Below, in pieces: positions 34,535 to 45,438 of a DNA stretch of 64,000 nucleotides. The position numbers and the translations under genes were made by a program. Numbering within the stretch: the first letter of the stretch is position 1; every line of letters starts with the position of its first letter. The notes beneath the pieces are model-generated. The model was not told the origin of the DNA and ran no database searches. It worked only from the letters and a program-made list of their open reading frames with translations. The stretch covers positions 3,056-67,055 of the forward strand of contig JAJTCJ010000005.1 of assembly GCA_021323165.1 (NCBI GenBank), written 5' to 3'. Source of the stretch: Bacteroidota bacterium. GTDB lineage: Bacteria > Bacteroidota > Bacteroidia > 2-12-FULL-35-15.

Positions 34535-35080
34535 ATGAAAAGAAACATTTTAGTATTCGGAACAATTTCAGGAGTGATCATCAGCGTATTTATGGGAATT
34601 TCTATGGCAATTATGAATTGCGGAAGCGGTGATGCCGATGGCGGAACAACAAGTATGATCATCGGCTTTAGTGCCATGGCTGCAGCATTCTCATTTATTT
34701 TTGTTGGTATTAAGAACTACCGTGACAAACAAAATAGCGGGACAATTACCTTTGGGAAGGCTTTTGTTATTGGATTTATGATAAGCCTGATAGCCTCTAC
34801 CCTATATGTTCTTACCTGGGCGGTCGAATTTCATTTCTTTATGCCTGATTTTATTGATAAGTATTCCGCAATGCAGGTTCAGCAAATGCATGATAGTGGT
34901 ATGTCCGGACCGGCACTTGACGAAGCTCTTAAAAACATAGAAACTACCAGCTATAATTATAAGAACAATCCTTTTTTCTTTGCAGCTTACACTTATATGG
35001 AAATACTTCCGGTTGGAGTTTTAATTACTTTGATCAGTGCGTTGATCCTGAAGAGAAAAACACCTGTTGTTATAGCGTAA
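34535..35080 (+). CDS. Small polytopic membrane protein, DUF4199-like
   Basis: Four predicted TM helices in ~180 aa, with size and layout typical of Bacteroidota DUF4199 proteins. The family assignment is from memory only. Confidence 0.5.
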   Translation: MKRNILVFGTISGVIISVFMGISMAIMNCGSGDADGGTTSMIIGFSAMAAAFSFIFVGIKNYRDKQNSGTITFGKAFVIGFMISLIASTLYVLTWAVEFHFFMPDFIDKYSAMQVQQMHDSGMSGPALDEALKNIETTSYNYKNNPFFFAAYTYMEILPVGVLITLISALILKRKTPVVIA

Positions 35081-35102
35081 TATTATAATATACCTAACCC
35101 AA

Positions 35103-35531
35103 ATGGAAGACAAAAAAACTCAAACAGAATCATCAGCCGCGGCTGACAATACACCGAAAGTGACCGGAATAGGCGGTGTTTTCTTTTGCTCTGAAAACCC
35201 GAAAGAAGTAAATGAATGGTACACCAAAAATTTAGGGATTGAGATCAACTCCTGGGGTTCCAGCAGTTTTGAATCCAGGAACATTAACAACCCTGAAGAA
35301 GTGAATTCTCTTCAATGGAAGACTTTCAAAAAGGGAGATCCATCCTTTGCTCCTTCTAAAAAAGAATTCATGATCAATTACCGTGTTCAAAACCTTGACG
35401 GATTATTAACCAAACTAAAAGCAAACGGTGTAACTATTGTTGATGATGTTGCAACTTATGACTTTGGGAAGTTTGTTCACATTATGGATGCGGAAGGAAA
35501 TAAGATCCAGTTGTGGGAGCCAAAAGAATAA
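35103..35531 (+). CDS. VOC (glyoxalase/bleomycin-resistance/dioxygenase) family protein
   Basis: VTGIGGVFFCSENPKEVNEWYTKNLGI...FVHIMDAEGNKIQLWEP fits the paired beta-alpha-beta-beta-beta VOC pattern. Confidence 0.7.
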   Translation: MEDKKTQTESSAAADNTPKVTGIGGVFFCSENPKEVNEWYTKNLGIEINSWGSSSFESRNINNPEEVNSLQWKTFKKGDPSFAPSKKEFMINYRVQNLDGLLTKLKANGVTIVDDVATYDFGKFVHIMDAEGNKIQLWEPKE

Positions 35532-35548
35532 ATAATCTCTCTATTATG

Positions 35549-35580
35549 AAAAAAGCCTTTCAGAAATGATAGGCTTTTTT
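35549..35580 (+). terminator. Terminator hairpin, same family (one stem mismatch)
   Basis: aaaaaagcctttc agaaat gataggctttttt. Confidence 0.7.
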
Positions 35581-35832
35581 GTTTTAATGGCTTATTCACT
35601 TAAATGATTTTTTAAGATTAAAAACAAGGTTCTTAAAACAACAAACTTTGAATCGATAAAAATTGAATGATTTTAAACCTGTAAGTAAGTTTTACAGACT
35701 TCTTGGCAGATAAAAAGACCTCGTTTATCTAAATAAGCCGTATCCTTGTAGCCGAATAACTAATTCATTATTAAGATTATATCCCAATTAATAGGGCAAA
35801 CTTAATTTCGTTTAAGTTATCACACTTTCGTA

Positions 35833-38800
35833 ATGAGGAAAAAACATTTACTTTATCTAATATTCATAGTCTTAGGAAGTTTTCATACAACTGCTCAGCC
35901 TCCCTGTGCACTCAACCTCACACCTTCCAGCGCCACAATTTGTTCCGGCACTTCTGTTGCATTAACGGCCTCCGGTGGCTCTTCATATACGTGGTCTCCA
36001 TCCACTGGCTTAAGTGCGACTAACCTTGCGACTGTTACTGCTAATCCTGTTGTTACTACCACATACATGGTTATTGCTGATTGCGGTGCCGGACAAAAAG
36101 ACACCAATTACATTACAGTAACAGTTAATCCAATACCGAATAGCCCTCCTATTACCGTAACAAATAATAACACTTGTGGCGGTACTTCTATGAGTTTTTC
36201 AACTCCTGCACAAGCCGGAGTTTCTTTTGCATGGGGATTTGGAGATGCTACAGCTGCAAATGGAGCTAGTGTTACTCACATCTATAACCCTAGTCCGGGT
36301 GATGGTAATCAATCTTTTACTGCAAGCGTAGTTGCAACCAATTCTTTTGGTTGTTCTAATTCAACATCACAGGTGATAACCGTAAAACAACGGCCCGATG
36401 CTTCAATAAGCGACTTTACCAGTGATGTTGCATTTACAAATTGTGGGAATACTGATTTTGATCTGATCATTGATAATACATCAACAACAACTGCTACAAA
36501 TTCTTTGTATCAAATTAATTGGGGGGATGGGTCGCCTGTATTTTCTACAGCTAATTTACCTTCCACCGGAACAACGCATACATACACTTCTCAGGGTTAT
36601 TTCACACTTACCTTAACTGTTACAGGATTAAATGGCTGTATCTCAACGAAAACTTATTCGGTATATAATGGTGGGAATCCCGCTGTTGGTTTAGGTAACC
36701 CGGGAGCAACAGTAGAACTTTGTCTGCCTTTTTCACTTACCTTTCCTATTACAGGAACTTCATCGAATCCTGCAGGTACAACGTATACAATTACCACAAA
36801 CACTGGAGCACCCTCTGTAACATACTCACACCCTCCACCAGCCAGTTATACTCATGTTTTTAATACAACGTCCTGTGGAGCAACCGGTGCAAATACACCT
36901 AACTCATTTTATGTTAGAATAAAAGTTGAAAATCCCTGTGGCTTTTCTGAATCTACTGTATCTCCGATTACTACCGCATCAAAGCCAGTTGCTCTATTTT
37001 CAGTCTCGCCTGACAGTATAGCCTGTGTCAACTCACTTGTTACATTTACCAATTTAACTACACCAAGCATTCTTGTTACAAACAATGGGGTGTGTGATGG
37101 CACAACAAAAATAAATTGGTTAATATCACCGGGGACGGGATGGGCTGTAAGTACTGGTACGCTAGGAAATGCAAGTCCGAATATTAATAATCCGGCAACA
37201 TGGGGCTCTAATGCTTTAGGTGTTACTTTTTCAGTTCCAGGTCAGTATGTTATAACTTTAATTACAGCAGGAAAAAAATGCGGGAATGATACGCTCAGAA
37301 AAACGATTTGCATTCAAGGTCCTCCCGCACCATCCTTTACTGCAACTCCATTGATCGGTTGCACTCCATTGGTTTCAAATTTCACAAATACTTCAACTGG
37401 CGTTCCTACCTGCGGACCAACAATACGATTGTGGGTTGTCACTAAAACCAGCTCTAACTGTATTGCAGATTCAACATCAGATTACACTTTTATTTCTGGT
37501 ACAAACTCCAGCTCAGTAAATCCTGTAATTCGATTTAATAACCAGGGAACATATAATGTAACACTTTCTCTTACGAATAGATGCGGTACATTCATCTCAA
37601 CGCCCACAACTTTTACCGTAAAGCGAAAGCCACAGGTAGCAATTACGATACCTCCTAATATTTGTGCAGGTCAAACTTTATCAGCTACATCAACAGTGAC
37701 AAATTGTGCAGATAATCCATTAACATATTTATGGAGTTTTGCGGGTGGAACTCCTGCGAGTTCAACGTTAGCTACTCCTCCTCCAATTTCATTTTCTACT
37801 TCAGGTTCTCATTTAATATCCTTGTCTGTTACTAATGAATGCGGTACGGGCACAGTCTCCTCCTCTGTAAATGTTTTAACCATACCAATTGCAAATGCCG
37901 GTACAGACAAACAAATTTGTTCAGGCGCCAGCACAACTTTGGGAAGTGCTTCAACTGCTGGCCTAACTTATCAATGGTCGCCAACTACAGGTTTAAGTTC
38001 TTCAACAATTTCAAATCCAACTGTTACGATTTCTAATGGAGGTATTAGTCCTCTTGTTTCCACATATTCTTTAACCGTTACTAATGCAGCTAATTGTTCG
38101 GCTACAGACGTAGTGGATGTTACAGTCAATCCTATTCCCGCAATGACAAACACGACCAGTGTTACTATATGCAGTGGAGGATCGTTAAATATTCCTTTAA
38201 CAAGTACAGTAGCCTCAGCTTATAGTTGGATGGCAGGCGATAATCCGAGTACAGCGGGTGAAAGCTTAACTGCACAAGCAACATCTACTATCAATAACAC
38301 CATCACAAATTCAACTGCAACATCACAAATTGTTACTTATTCAGTAACTCCTGTCAGCTCTGCCGGCAGTTGCACCGGAAGCTCTCAAACTATTACTGTT
38401 ACTGTGTTACCTGTGCCAGTGGTTACAAGTGCTACAACTGCAACAATTTGCAGCGGGAATACTTTAAATGTTTCCATAACAAGTAATGTAACATCAACCT
38501 ATTCCTGGATCGCGACAAACAACGCAAATACAACAGGAGAAAGTTTAACGGCTCAATCAACCGGTGTTATTAATAACACGATCATAAACAACACATCCAA
38601 CAACCAAACGGTTAACTATTCAATTACTCCAACTTCAACAACCGGAAGTTGTTTGGGAAATTCACAAGCATTGGTGGTTACGGTAAATCCGAGTCCAACT
38701 ATGACAAGTGCTGTCTCTGCATCTGTTTGCAGTGGAACCTCTTTAAACATACCTCTTTCCAGTGATCTTCCTTCGACCTACAGTTGGGTTGCAACTGATA

Positions 38801-41800
38801 ATGTGAATACCACAGGTGAGAGCCTTACAGCTCAATCAGGATCGAGTATTAATAATACGGTTATAAATAATTCAGCAACTGCACAAACAATCAACTACAG
38901 TATTACTCCTGTTTCAACAGCCGGATCTTGTGCAGGTACTCCACAAATTGTTGCTGTTACAATTAATCCAGCCCCGACTATGACGAGTGCTTCTTCTGCA
39001 ACAATATGCAGTGGAGCTTCGGTAACTATTCCTTTAACGAGTAACATGACTTCAACATATACCTGGATCGCTGGTAATAATCCAGGTACAAATGGAGAAA
39101 GTATTGCCCTTCAAAACTCCGGTACATTAAGTAATACGATAACTAATTCTACTCAAACAGTACAAACAGTAACATACACTGTAACGCCAAATGCGACAGC
39201 AGGAAGCTGTGTTGGAAATACGCAAACTGTCACTGTAGATGTTATTCCTGTACCGACAATGACCAATGCAGCTACAGCAACAATTTGCAGTGGAGCGGCA
39301 CTCAACATCTCATTAACCAGTAATATTCCTAGTGCTTATACTTGGATAGCCTCAGACAACGCAAGCACATCCGGTGAAAGTTTAACTCTTCAAACTACAG
39401 GCATCATCAACAATACAATAATCAACAATACTGCTGCAGTACAAACAGTAACATATACCGCTACTCCTACTTCAACTACGGGAACTTGTAGTGGTACTCC
39501 TCAAACAATTATAGTAACTGTAAATCCGGCACCAGCCATGACAAGTGCAACCTCAGCAACTATATGCAGTGGTGGAAGTTTAAACATTCCCTTAACAAGT
39601 GATTTACCTTCGACCTATGTATGGATTGCAGCTGACAATATTAATACAACAGGTGAAAGCCTTTTAATTCAAAACTCTAATCTGATAAACAACACCATTT
39701 TAAATAACACAGCAAGTGCTCAAATACTTACTTATTCAGTAACACCTACTTCAAGCACCGGAGCTTGCATTGGTGCTCAACAAATAGTTTCTGTTACCGT
39801 TAATCCTGCTCCTACTATGACGAGCGTTTCTTCTGCTACGATATGCAGTGGGGCCTCAGTAAATATTCCTTTAACCAGTAATATGCCTTCAACATATACC
39901 TGGATCGCTGGTGATAATCCTGGTACAAATGGAGAAAGTATAGTTATACAAAACTCCGGCACATTAAATAACACAATAACGAATAACACTCAAACAGTAC
40001 AAACCGTAACATATACTGTAACGCCAAATGCGACAGCAGGAAGCTGTGTTGGAAATACGCAAACTGTCATTGTAGATGTTATTCCTGTGCCGACAATGAC
40101 CAATGCAGCTACAGCAACAATTTGCAGTGGAGCGGCACTCAACATCTCATTAGCCAGTAATATTCCTAGTGCTTATAGCTGGATTGCTTCAGACAACGCA
40201 GGCACTTCCGGTGAAAGTTTAACTCTTCAAACTACAGGCATCATCAACAATACAATAATTAACAACACTGCTACAGTACAAACAGTAACATATACAGCAA
40301 CTCCTACTTCTACCACGGGAACATGCAGTGGTATTCCTCAAACAATAATAGTAACTGTAAATCCTGCACCAGCTATGACAAGTGCAACTACAGCAACTAT
40401 TTGCAGTGGTGAAAGTTTGAACATTTCCTTAACAAGTGATTTACCTTCTACCTATACCTGGATTGCAACGGATAATATTAATACAACAGGAGAAATCCTT
40501 GTAATTCAAAACTCCGGTCTGATAAACAACACAATTATAAATAACACATCCAGTGCTCAAATACTTACTTATTCAGTAACACCTACTTCAAGCACCGGAG
40601 CTTGTATTGGTTCTTCACAAATAGTTACTGTTACCGTTAATCCTACACCGGTAATGACGCCACCTGCCAGCGTTACTCAATGTGCAGGAGTAAGCACATC
40701 AGCAATCATTTTCAATAGCAATCCAGGCGGAACATCTTATAATTGGACAAACAGCAATACTTCAATTGGATTGGCTGCTAATGGAGTTGGAAACATTACA
40801 AGCTTTACTACTTCTAATTTAACCAATGCTGCCATAAGTGGAACTATCAGTGTTACATCAACTCTGAATGGTTGTGTAAGTTCACCTTCTGCTTTTACCA
40901 TAACAGTTAACCCAATTCCAACTGCTACAGCTTCACCGGGCAATTCAACTATTTGTTCCGGAATTCAAACCAACATTAACATAGCATCAAATGTTGCAGG
41001 CACTACATTTTCCTGGACAGCAAATTCTCCGGCAAGCGTTAGCGGTGCTGCAAATGGAAATGGTAATTCCATTCAGCAAACATTGAGCAACACAAGTTCG
41101 GCTATTGAATTGGTGACTTATATAATTGTTCCTACAGCAAATAACTGTATTGGATCTCCAATAATTGATTCTGTTTTTGTTAATCCCGGAGTTACCATTA
41201 GCTTCTCTCCTTCTTCACAGACCTTGTGCTCAAATCAAACATCACAAGTAGTAACAATCTCAAGTGCCACAACAGGCTTAATTTACAGTTGGACGGCCCA
41301 GGCGAATGGAGCCGGTGGAGTTACAGGTTCAGGATCAAATACAATTCCTCCACAGGTATTAACTAATTCAACCAATTCACCTATTCAGGTGGTATACTCT
41401 ACAACCGCAACATTTGCTGGTTGCCCTACTCCTCCTTTCTTATATTCAATAACTGTTAATCCTCTTCCATCCATTGTTTTACCTGCTAATCAAACAGTAT
41501 GCTCTTCAGTTTCAACTGCGGCAGTAAATATTTCTTCACCGGTAGCGGGCACCACATTCACCTGGACTGCGACATCTACAAATGGGATCACAGGATTTCC
41601 TGCAAATGGATCTTCTTCAAGCATCCCTGCTTTCATTCCTAATAATCCCGGAAATACAGCCGGAACTATAGACTATACGATCACGCCTATTGCTAACAAT
41701 TGTCCCGGCCTGCCAGTCAATTACACTTATACAGTTAATCCTATTCCGGTAATAAGCAGTATTCCATCTCAAACAATTTGTAGCGGCCAGACAACAACAA

Positions 41801-44800
41801 TGGTATCACCTGTTTCTGCAGTTGCAGGAAGTACTTTTAGCTGGAGCTCTGCAACCGGTCCTAATATTTCAGGTAATACTGTTTCAGGTGCAGGGAATAT
41901 ACCTCCGGAAACGTTAAACAACTCCAATGCTTTCGCAGAAACAGCTACTTACACTATAATTTCAAATGCGAATAACTGCACTTCAAGTTCAACATTTATA
42001 GTTAACGTAAATCCAAGTCCGGCAGCTGCATTTTCAATTGCTCCGCAAATTATTTGTTCAGGTGAAAATACCCAACAAGTAAATTTAAGTTCAGGCACTC
42101 CCGGAGCAAGTATTAGCTGGAACGCGACTATCCCGCCAGGAATTAGTGGGGGCGCAACTTCCGGAACAACTACAATCCCTCAGCAAACGTTAATCAACAG
42201 TACTAATCAACCATTAACTATTATTTACGATGCTCAGGCTGCAACAACCGGAACTGCAATTTGTCCGGGCACAACCACCACTTACTCTATAACAATAAAT
42301 CCTACTCCTGATGTAATTGTTACCCCCGGACAAACAACTATTTGTTCAGGTATACAAACCAATATCTCTCTTACATCAAATGTTGCAGGCACTACATTCA
42401 GCTGGACAGTGAGTGCGCCTTCAACAATTACCGGAGCATCAAACGGCAGCGGGAATACTATTCAACAAACTCTTTCTAACAATGATATAATAAGTCAAAA
42501 CGTTACTTATACAATTATTCCATCAGCGAATAATTGTCCGGGAAATCCTGTTACCGTTACCATAACAGTTCATCCCGTTCCCACAATAAATTTCTCACCG
42601 GTATCACAAGCTTTATGTTCAGGGGAAACTTCACAAGTGGTTACTGTTACTAGTCCGACAACAGGCGTGTCATTTAACTGGACAGCGTCCGCAAGCAGCG
42701 GAAGTGTTAATGGATTTACAACAAATGGATCAGGTAACCTTCCGGCTCAAACTTTATTTAATTCATCTACTTCAATTCAAACTGTAGATTATATTGTAGA
42801 TGCAGGATTTTCCGGATGCCCGGGCCTTTCCAATACTTACACTATAACCATACATCCTTTACCAATAGTAAATTTTACATTTGATTCAATTGATTGCGTG
42901 AATGTACCTCTAACATTCACGGTAAATCCGGCCCTGGCAAATAATTATACATGGGATTTCGGTGATGGAAACACTACAGGCAACACTACGGGAAATGCGA
43001 TTCATACTTATTCTTTGAGCGGTAATTATAACATAAGCCTTATTGAAGCTACTGCATTTGGTTGTATTGATTCTTTAAGCAAATCAATAGAAATCATTGA
43101 TCCTCCTACCGCTGATTTTACTACTCTACCCGATTCAGGTTGCGCACCTTTAAATGTAGCCTTTGTGAATAATTCAACCGGAAGTTATACTTCCTTCAAC
43201 TGGGATTTTGGGAATGGTAATTCAACAATACTTTTCTCACCGTTGAATCAAACATATCAGCAGGGATTATACGATACTACCTACCAGGTAGAATTAACTG
43301 TTACTAATCAATGTGGTGTTAGTACCTTGATCAAGCCAGTTGTAGTTAAACCGAAGCCTGTTGTATCATTAGGAACAAACTTCGATTCCGGCTGTTCTCC
43401 ATTCCATCTGATTATAAATAATACTTCCACAGGAAATGCCACTCAATATATAATGGATTTTGGCGATGGCAGTCCATTACTTATCACTCCAACAAGAGAT
43501 TCGATCAGTCACTTATATTACACGGGAACACAGGACACAACATATACGATAACCTTGATTGGAATAAATTCATGTGGAAACGATACGATAACAAAAACAA
43601 TATTAGTGCATCCACATGATGTTATCGCATTGTTTAATACCAGCTCTGTTTCAGGATGCGCACCTTACGCTATTACATTCACTGATGCATCATCCGGAGC
43701 AACATTTACATCATGGGATTTCGGAGACGGGAATGTTTCGACTACTCTTAGCGTAACGCATACATACCAAAATCCGGGAACATATACGTGCTATGAATAT
43801 GTTAATAATGGTTGTAGTTACGACACAACCTCTGTAACAATTACAATTCATCCTTCACCAACTTTATCCTTCACTTCTGACGGACCATCAGCTTGTGTGA
43901 ATCAACCGGTTGCATTTACAAACACTTCTTCAAATTCTGTCAACTACAGTTGGAACTTTGGCGATGGAACATATTCCTATCTTACAGATCCAATACATAA
44001 CTATAGTTCTGCAGGTACATATATTATTACATTAACCGGAACATCGGCTGTATATGGTTGTATTGACAGTGTATCCCACTCTATTATAATTGACTCTCTT
44101 CCTGTCCCACAAGCCTCATCCAGTGTACTGTTTGGATGTGCACCCTTAAATGTCGCTTTTACGAATACATCAACTAATTCTAATTTTTATTCCTGGAACT
44201 TTGGTGATGGTAATACATCCTCTACGCCTTCACCGAGCAATTTGTTTGTTGCGCCAGGAATTTATAACGTACAACTAATTGCCGTGAACTTGAATAATTG
44301 CAAAGATTCAATTCAACTTCAGATCAATGTAAATCCAAAACCCGTGGCAGCTTTTAGTATGTCTTCTACCTACAGTTGCTCGGCTCCGGCACCGGTAATT
44401 TTTACAAATAATTCCACAGGAGCAGTAGGCTACTTGTGGGACTTTGGGAACGGTACTACTTCAACAATGAATAATCCTTCCGTTACCTACTCTACTTTTA
44501 ATCAATACCCAATTTCACTTGTAGCATCTAATATATATGGATGTAAGGATACTGTTACTGATATCTATAATGTGTATCAACCTCTTGTTGCTTCATTCAG
44601 CTCTGATGTTCAATCAGGTTGCGAGCCTCTTAATGTTACATTCACTCCGTTTCAAAGTGGTAATATTTATAATTGGAACTTTGGGGATTCCACTTTCTCT
44701 AATGCGAATATTCCATCTCACATATATCCGAATGCAGGAAATTATTATGTTTCTGTAACTGTGACATCCTCAAGCACTCCCTGCACCAGTTCTTATACTA

Positions 44801-45408
44801 TTACAAACCCTATTAAAGTTTTACCTACTCCGACAGCAGAGTTTAATGCCACTCAGATATATGTAGACGGACTACCTGATGGCACTATGAGCTTTCAGAA
44901 TTTGTCAATTGATTCGACATTGATAAATTCATATTATTGGAATTTTGGTGACGGAATGAATTCATTACAAACCCATCCTATACATCAATACCAGGGTGTT
45001 GGAACGTATTCAACAACATTGATTGCAGCATACCCTAATGGCTGTAAGGACACCATAGAACATGATATAACACCCGATTATTTCCAGGGTTTATTTGTGC
45101 CAAATGCAATGGTTCCATTAGACGCAACGAATGAGGCCCGCCTGTTTCTTCCAAAAGGAAGATCGATAAAAAAATATCATTTACAGATCTTCAATACATG
45201 GGGAACCCTGCTATTCGAATCTACTGAGCTGGATGCAAACGGAAGTCCTGCTGTTGGCTGGGATGGTTATTTTAATGGAGAGCTTTGCCAGCAGGACGTA
45301 TATGTATGGAAAATTGAAGCAATATTTATGAATGGAAGTGTTTGGCAAGGAAAAAAATATGCTGATGGAAAAATTAAGCCGACAGGAACTGTTACCCTTA
45401 TAAAATAA
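35833..45408 (+). CDS. Giant (3191 aa) cell-surface protein with Ig-like/PKD-like repeats and a T9SS type B (gliding-motility-associated, CHU_C-type) C-terminal domain
   Basis: Signal peptide. Dozens of TxICSGxS-type Ig-like domains. About 12 PKD-like units (WDFGDGN...). The C-terminal ~95 aa, FVPNAMVPLDATNEARLFLPKG...LQIFNTWGTLLFES...GWDGYFNGELCQQDVYVWKIE, is typical of type B sorting domains. Confidence 0.9.
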   Translation: MRKKHLLYLIFIVLGSFHTTAQPPCALNLTPSSATICSGTSVALTASGGSSYTWSPSTGLSATNLATVTANPVVTTTYMVIADCGAGQKDTNYITVTVNPIPNSPPITVTNNNTCGGTSMSFSTPAQAGVSFAWGFGDATAANGASVTHIYNPSPGDGNQSFTASVVATNSFGCSNSTSQVITVKQRPDASISDFTSDVAFTNCGNTDFDLIIDNTSTTTATNSLYQINWGDGSPVFSTANLPSTGTTHTYTSQGYFTLTLTVTGLNGCISTKTYSVYNGGNPAVGLGNPGATVELCLPFSLTFPITGTSSNPAGTTYTITTNTGAPSVTYSHPPPASYTHVFNTTSCGATGANTPNSFYVRIKVENPCGFSESTVSPITTASKPVALFSVSPDSIACVNSLVTFTNLTTPSILVTNNGVCDGTTKINWLISPGTGWAVSTGTLGNASPNINNPATWGSNALGVTFSVPGQYVITLITAGKKCGNDTLRKTICIQGPPAPSFTATPLIGCTPLVSNFTNTSTGVPTCGPTIRLWVVTKTSSNCIADSTSDYTFISGTNSSSVNPVIRFNNQGTYNVTLSLTNRCGTFISTPTTFTVKRKPQVAITIPPNICAGQTLSATSTVTNCADNPLTYLWSFAGGTPASSTLATPPPISFSTSGSHLISLSVTNECGTGTVSSSVNVLTIPIANAGTDKQICSGASTTLGSASTAGLTYQWSPTTGLSSSTISNPTVTISNGGISPLVSTYSLTVTNAANCSATDVVDVTVNPIPAMTNTTSVTICSGGSLNIPLTSTVASAYSWMAGDNPSTAGESLTAQATSTINNTITNSTATSQIVTYSVTPVSSAGSCTGSSQTITVTVLPVPVVTSATTATICSGNTLNVSITSNVTSTYSWIATNNANTTGESLTAQSTGVINNTIINNTSNNQTVNYSITPTSTTGSCLGNSQALVVTVNPSPTMTSAVSASVCSGTSLNIPLSSDLPSTYSWVATDNVNTTGESLTAQSGSSINNTVINNSATAQTINYSITPVSTAGSCAGTPQIVAVTINPAPTMTSASSATICSGASVTIPLTSNMTSTYTWIAGNNPGTNGESIALQNSGTLSNTITNSTQTVQTVTYTVTPNATAGSCVGNTQTVTVDVIPVPTMTNAATATICSGAALNISLTSNIPSAYTWIASDNASTSGESLTLQTTGIINNTIINNTAAVQTVTYTATPTSTTGTCSGTPQTIIVTVNPAPAMTSATSATICSGGSLNIPLTSDLPSTYVWIAADNINTTGESLLIQNSNLINNTILNNTASAQILTYSVTPTSSTGACIGAQQIVSVTVNPAPTMTSVSSATICSGASVNIPLTSNMPSTYTWIAGDNPGTNGESIVIQNSGTLNNTITNNTQTVQTVTYTVTPNATAGSCVGNTQTVIVDVIPVPTMTNAATATICSGAALNISLASNIPSAYSWIASDNAGTSGESLTLQTTGIINNTIINNTATVQTVTYTATPTSTTGTCSGIPQTIIVTVNPAPAMTSATTATICSGESLNISLTSDLPSTYTWIATDNINTTGEILVIQNSGLINNTIINNTSSAQILTYSVTPTSSTGACIGSSQIVTVTVNPTPVMTPPASVTQCAGVSTSAIIFNSNPGGTSYNWTNSNTSIGLAANGVGNITSFTTSNLTNAAISGTISVTSTLNGCVSSPSAFTITVNPIPTATASPGNSTICSGIQTNINIASNVAGTTFSWTANSPASVSGAANGNGNSIQQTLSNTSSAIELVTYIIVPTANNCIGSPIIDSVFVNPGVTISFSPSSQTLCSNQTSQVVTISSATTGLIYSWTAQANGAGGVTGSGSNTIPPQVLTNSTNSPIQVVYSTTATFAGCPTPPFLYSITVNPLPSIVLPANQTVCSSVSTAAVNISSPVAGTTFTWTATSTNGITGFPANGSSSSIPAFIPNNPGNTAGTIDYTITPIANNCPGLPVNYTYTVNPIPVISSIPSQTICSGQTTTMVSPVSAVAGSTFSWSSATGPNISGNTVSGAGNIPPETLNNSNAFAETATYTIISNANNCTSSSTFIVNVNPSPAAAFSIAPQIICSGENTQQVNLSSGTPGASISWNATIPPGISGGATSGTTTIPQQTLINSTNQPLTIIYDAQAATTGTAICPGTTTTYSITINPTPDVIVTPGQTTICSGIQTNISLTSNVAGTTFSWTVSAPSTITGASNGSGNTIQQTLSNNDIISQNVTYTIIPSANNCPGNPVTVTITVHPVPTINFSPVSQALCSGETSQVVTVTSPTTGVSFNWTASASSGSVNGFTTNGSGNLPAQTLFNSSTSIQTVDYIVDAGFSGCPGLSNTYTITIHPLPIVNFTFDSIDCVNVPLTFTVNPALANNYTWDFGDGNTTGNTTGNAIHTYSLSGNYNISLIEATAFGCIDSLSKSIEIIDPPTADFTTLPDSGCAPLNVAFVNNSTGSYTSFNWDFGNGNSTILFSPLNQTYQQGLYDTTYQVELTVTNQCGVSTLIKPVVVKPKPVVSLGTNFDSGCSPFHLIINNTSTGNATQYIMDFGDGSPLLITPTRDSISHLYYTGTQDTTYTITLIGINSCGNDTITKTILVHPHDVIALFNTSSVSGCAPYAITFTDASSGATFTSWDFGDGNVSTTLSVTHTYQNPGTYTCYEYVNNGCSYDTTSVTITIHPSPTLSFTSDGPSACVNQPVAFTNTSSNSVNYSWNFGDGTYSYLTDPIHNYSSAGTYIITLTGTSAVYGCIDSVSHSIIIDSLPVPQASSSVLFGCAPLNVAFTNTSTNSNFYSWNFGDGNTSSTPSPSNLFVAPGIYNVQLIAVNLNNCKDSIQLQINVNPKPVAAFSMSSTYSCSAPAPVIFTNNSTGAVGYLWDFGNGTTSTMNNPSVTYSTFNQYPISLVASNIYGCKDTVTDIYNVYQPLVASFSSDVQSGCEPLNVTFTPFQSGNIYNWNFGDSTFSNANIPSHIYPNAGNYYVSVTVTSSSTPCTSSYTITNPIKVLPTPTAEFNATQIYVDGLPDGTMSFQNLSIDSTLINSYYWNFGDGMNSLQTHPIHQYQGVGTYSTTLIAAYPNGCKDTIEHDITPDYFQGLFVPNAMVPLDATNEARLFLPKGRSIKKYHLQIFNTWGTLLFESTELDANGSPAVGWDGYFNGELCQQDVYVWKIEAIFMNGSVWQGKKYADGKIKPTGTVTLIK
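38128..40638 (+). repeat. Nine tandem 279-nt (93-codon) domain repeats; the last six form a near-identical 837-bp tandem duplication (38965-39801 and 39802-40638)
   Basis: Anchors actatgacgag at 38977/39814, acctggatcg at 39061/39898 and gtaacgccaa at 39181/40018 all give an 837-nt offset. The 60 nt starting at 39181 and at 40018 differ at one position. Confidence 0.9.
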
Positions 45409-45438
45409 AACATCAATTGATTTAAATAATTTTTATCA

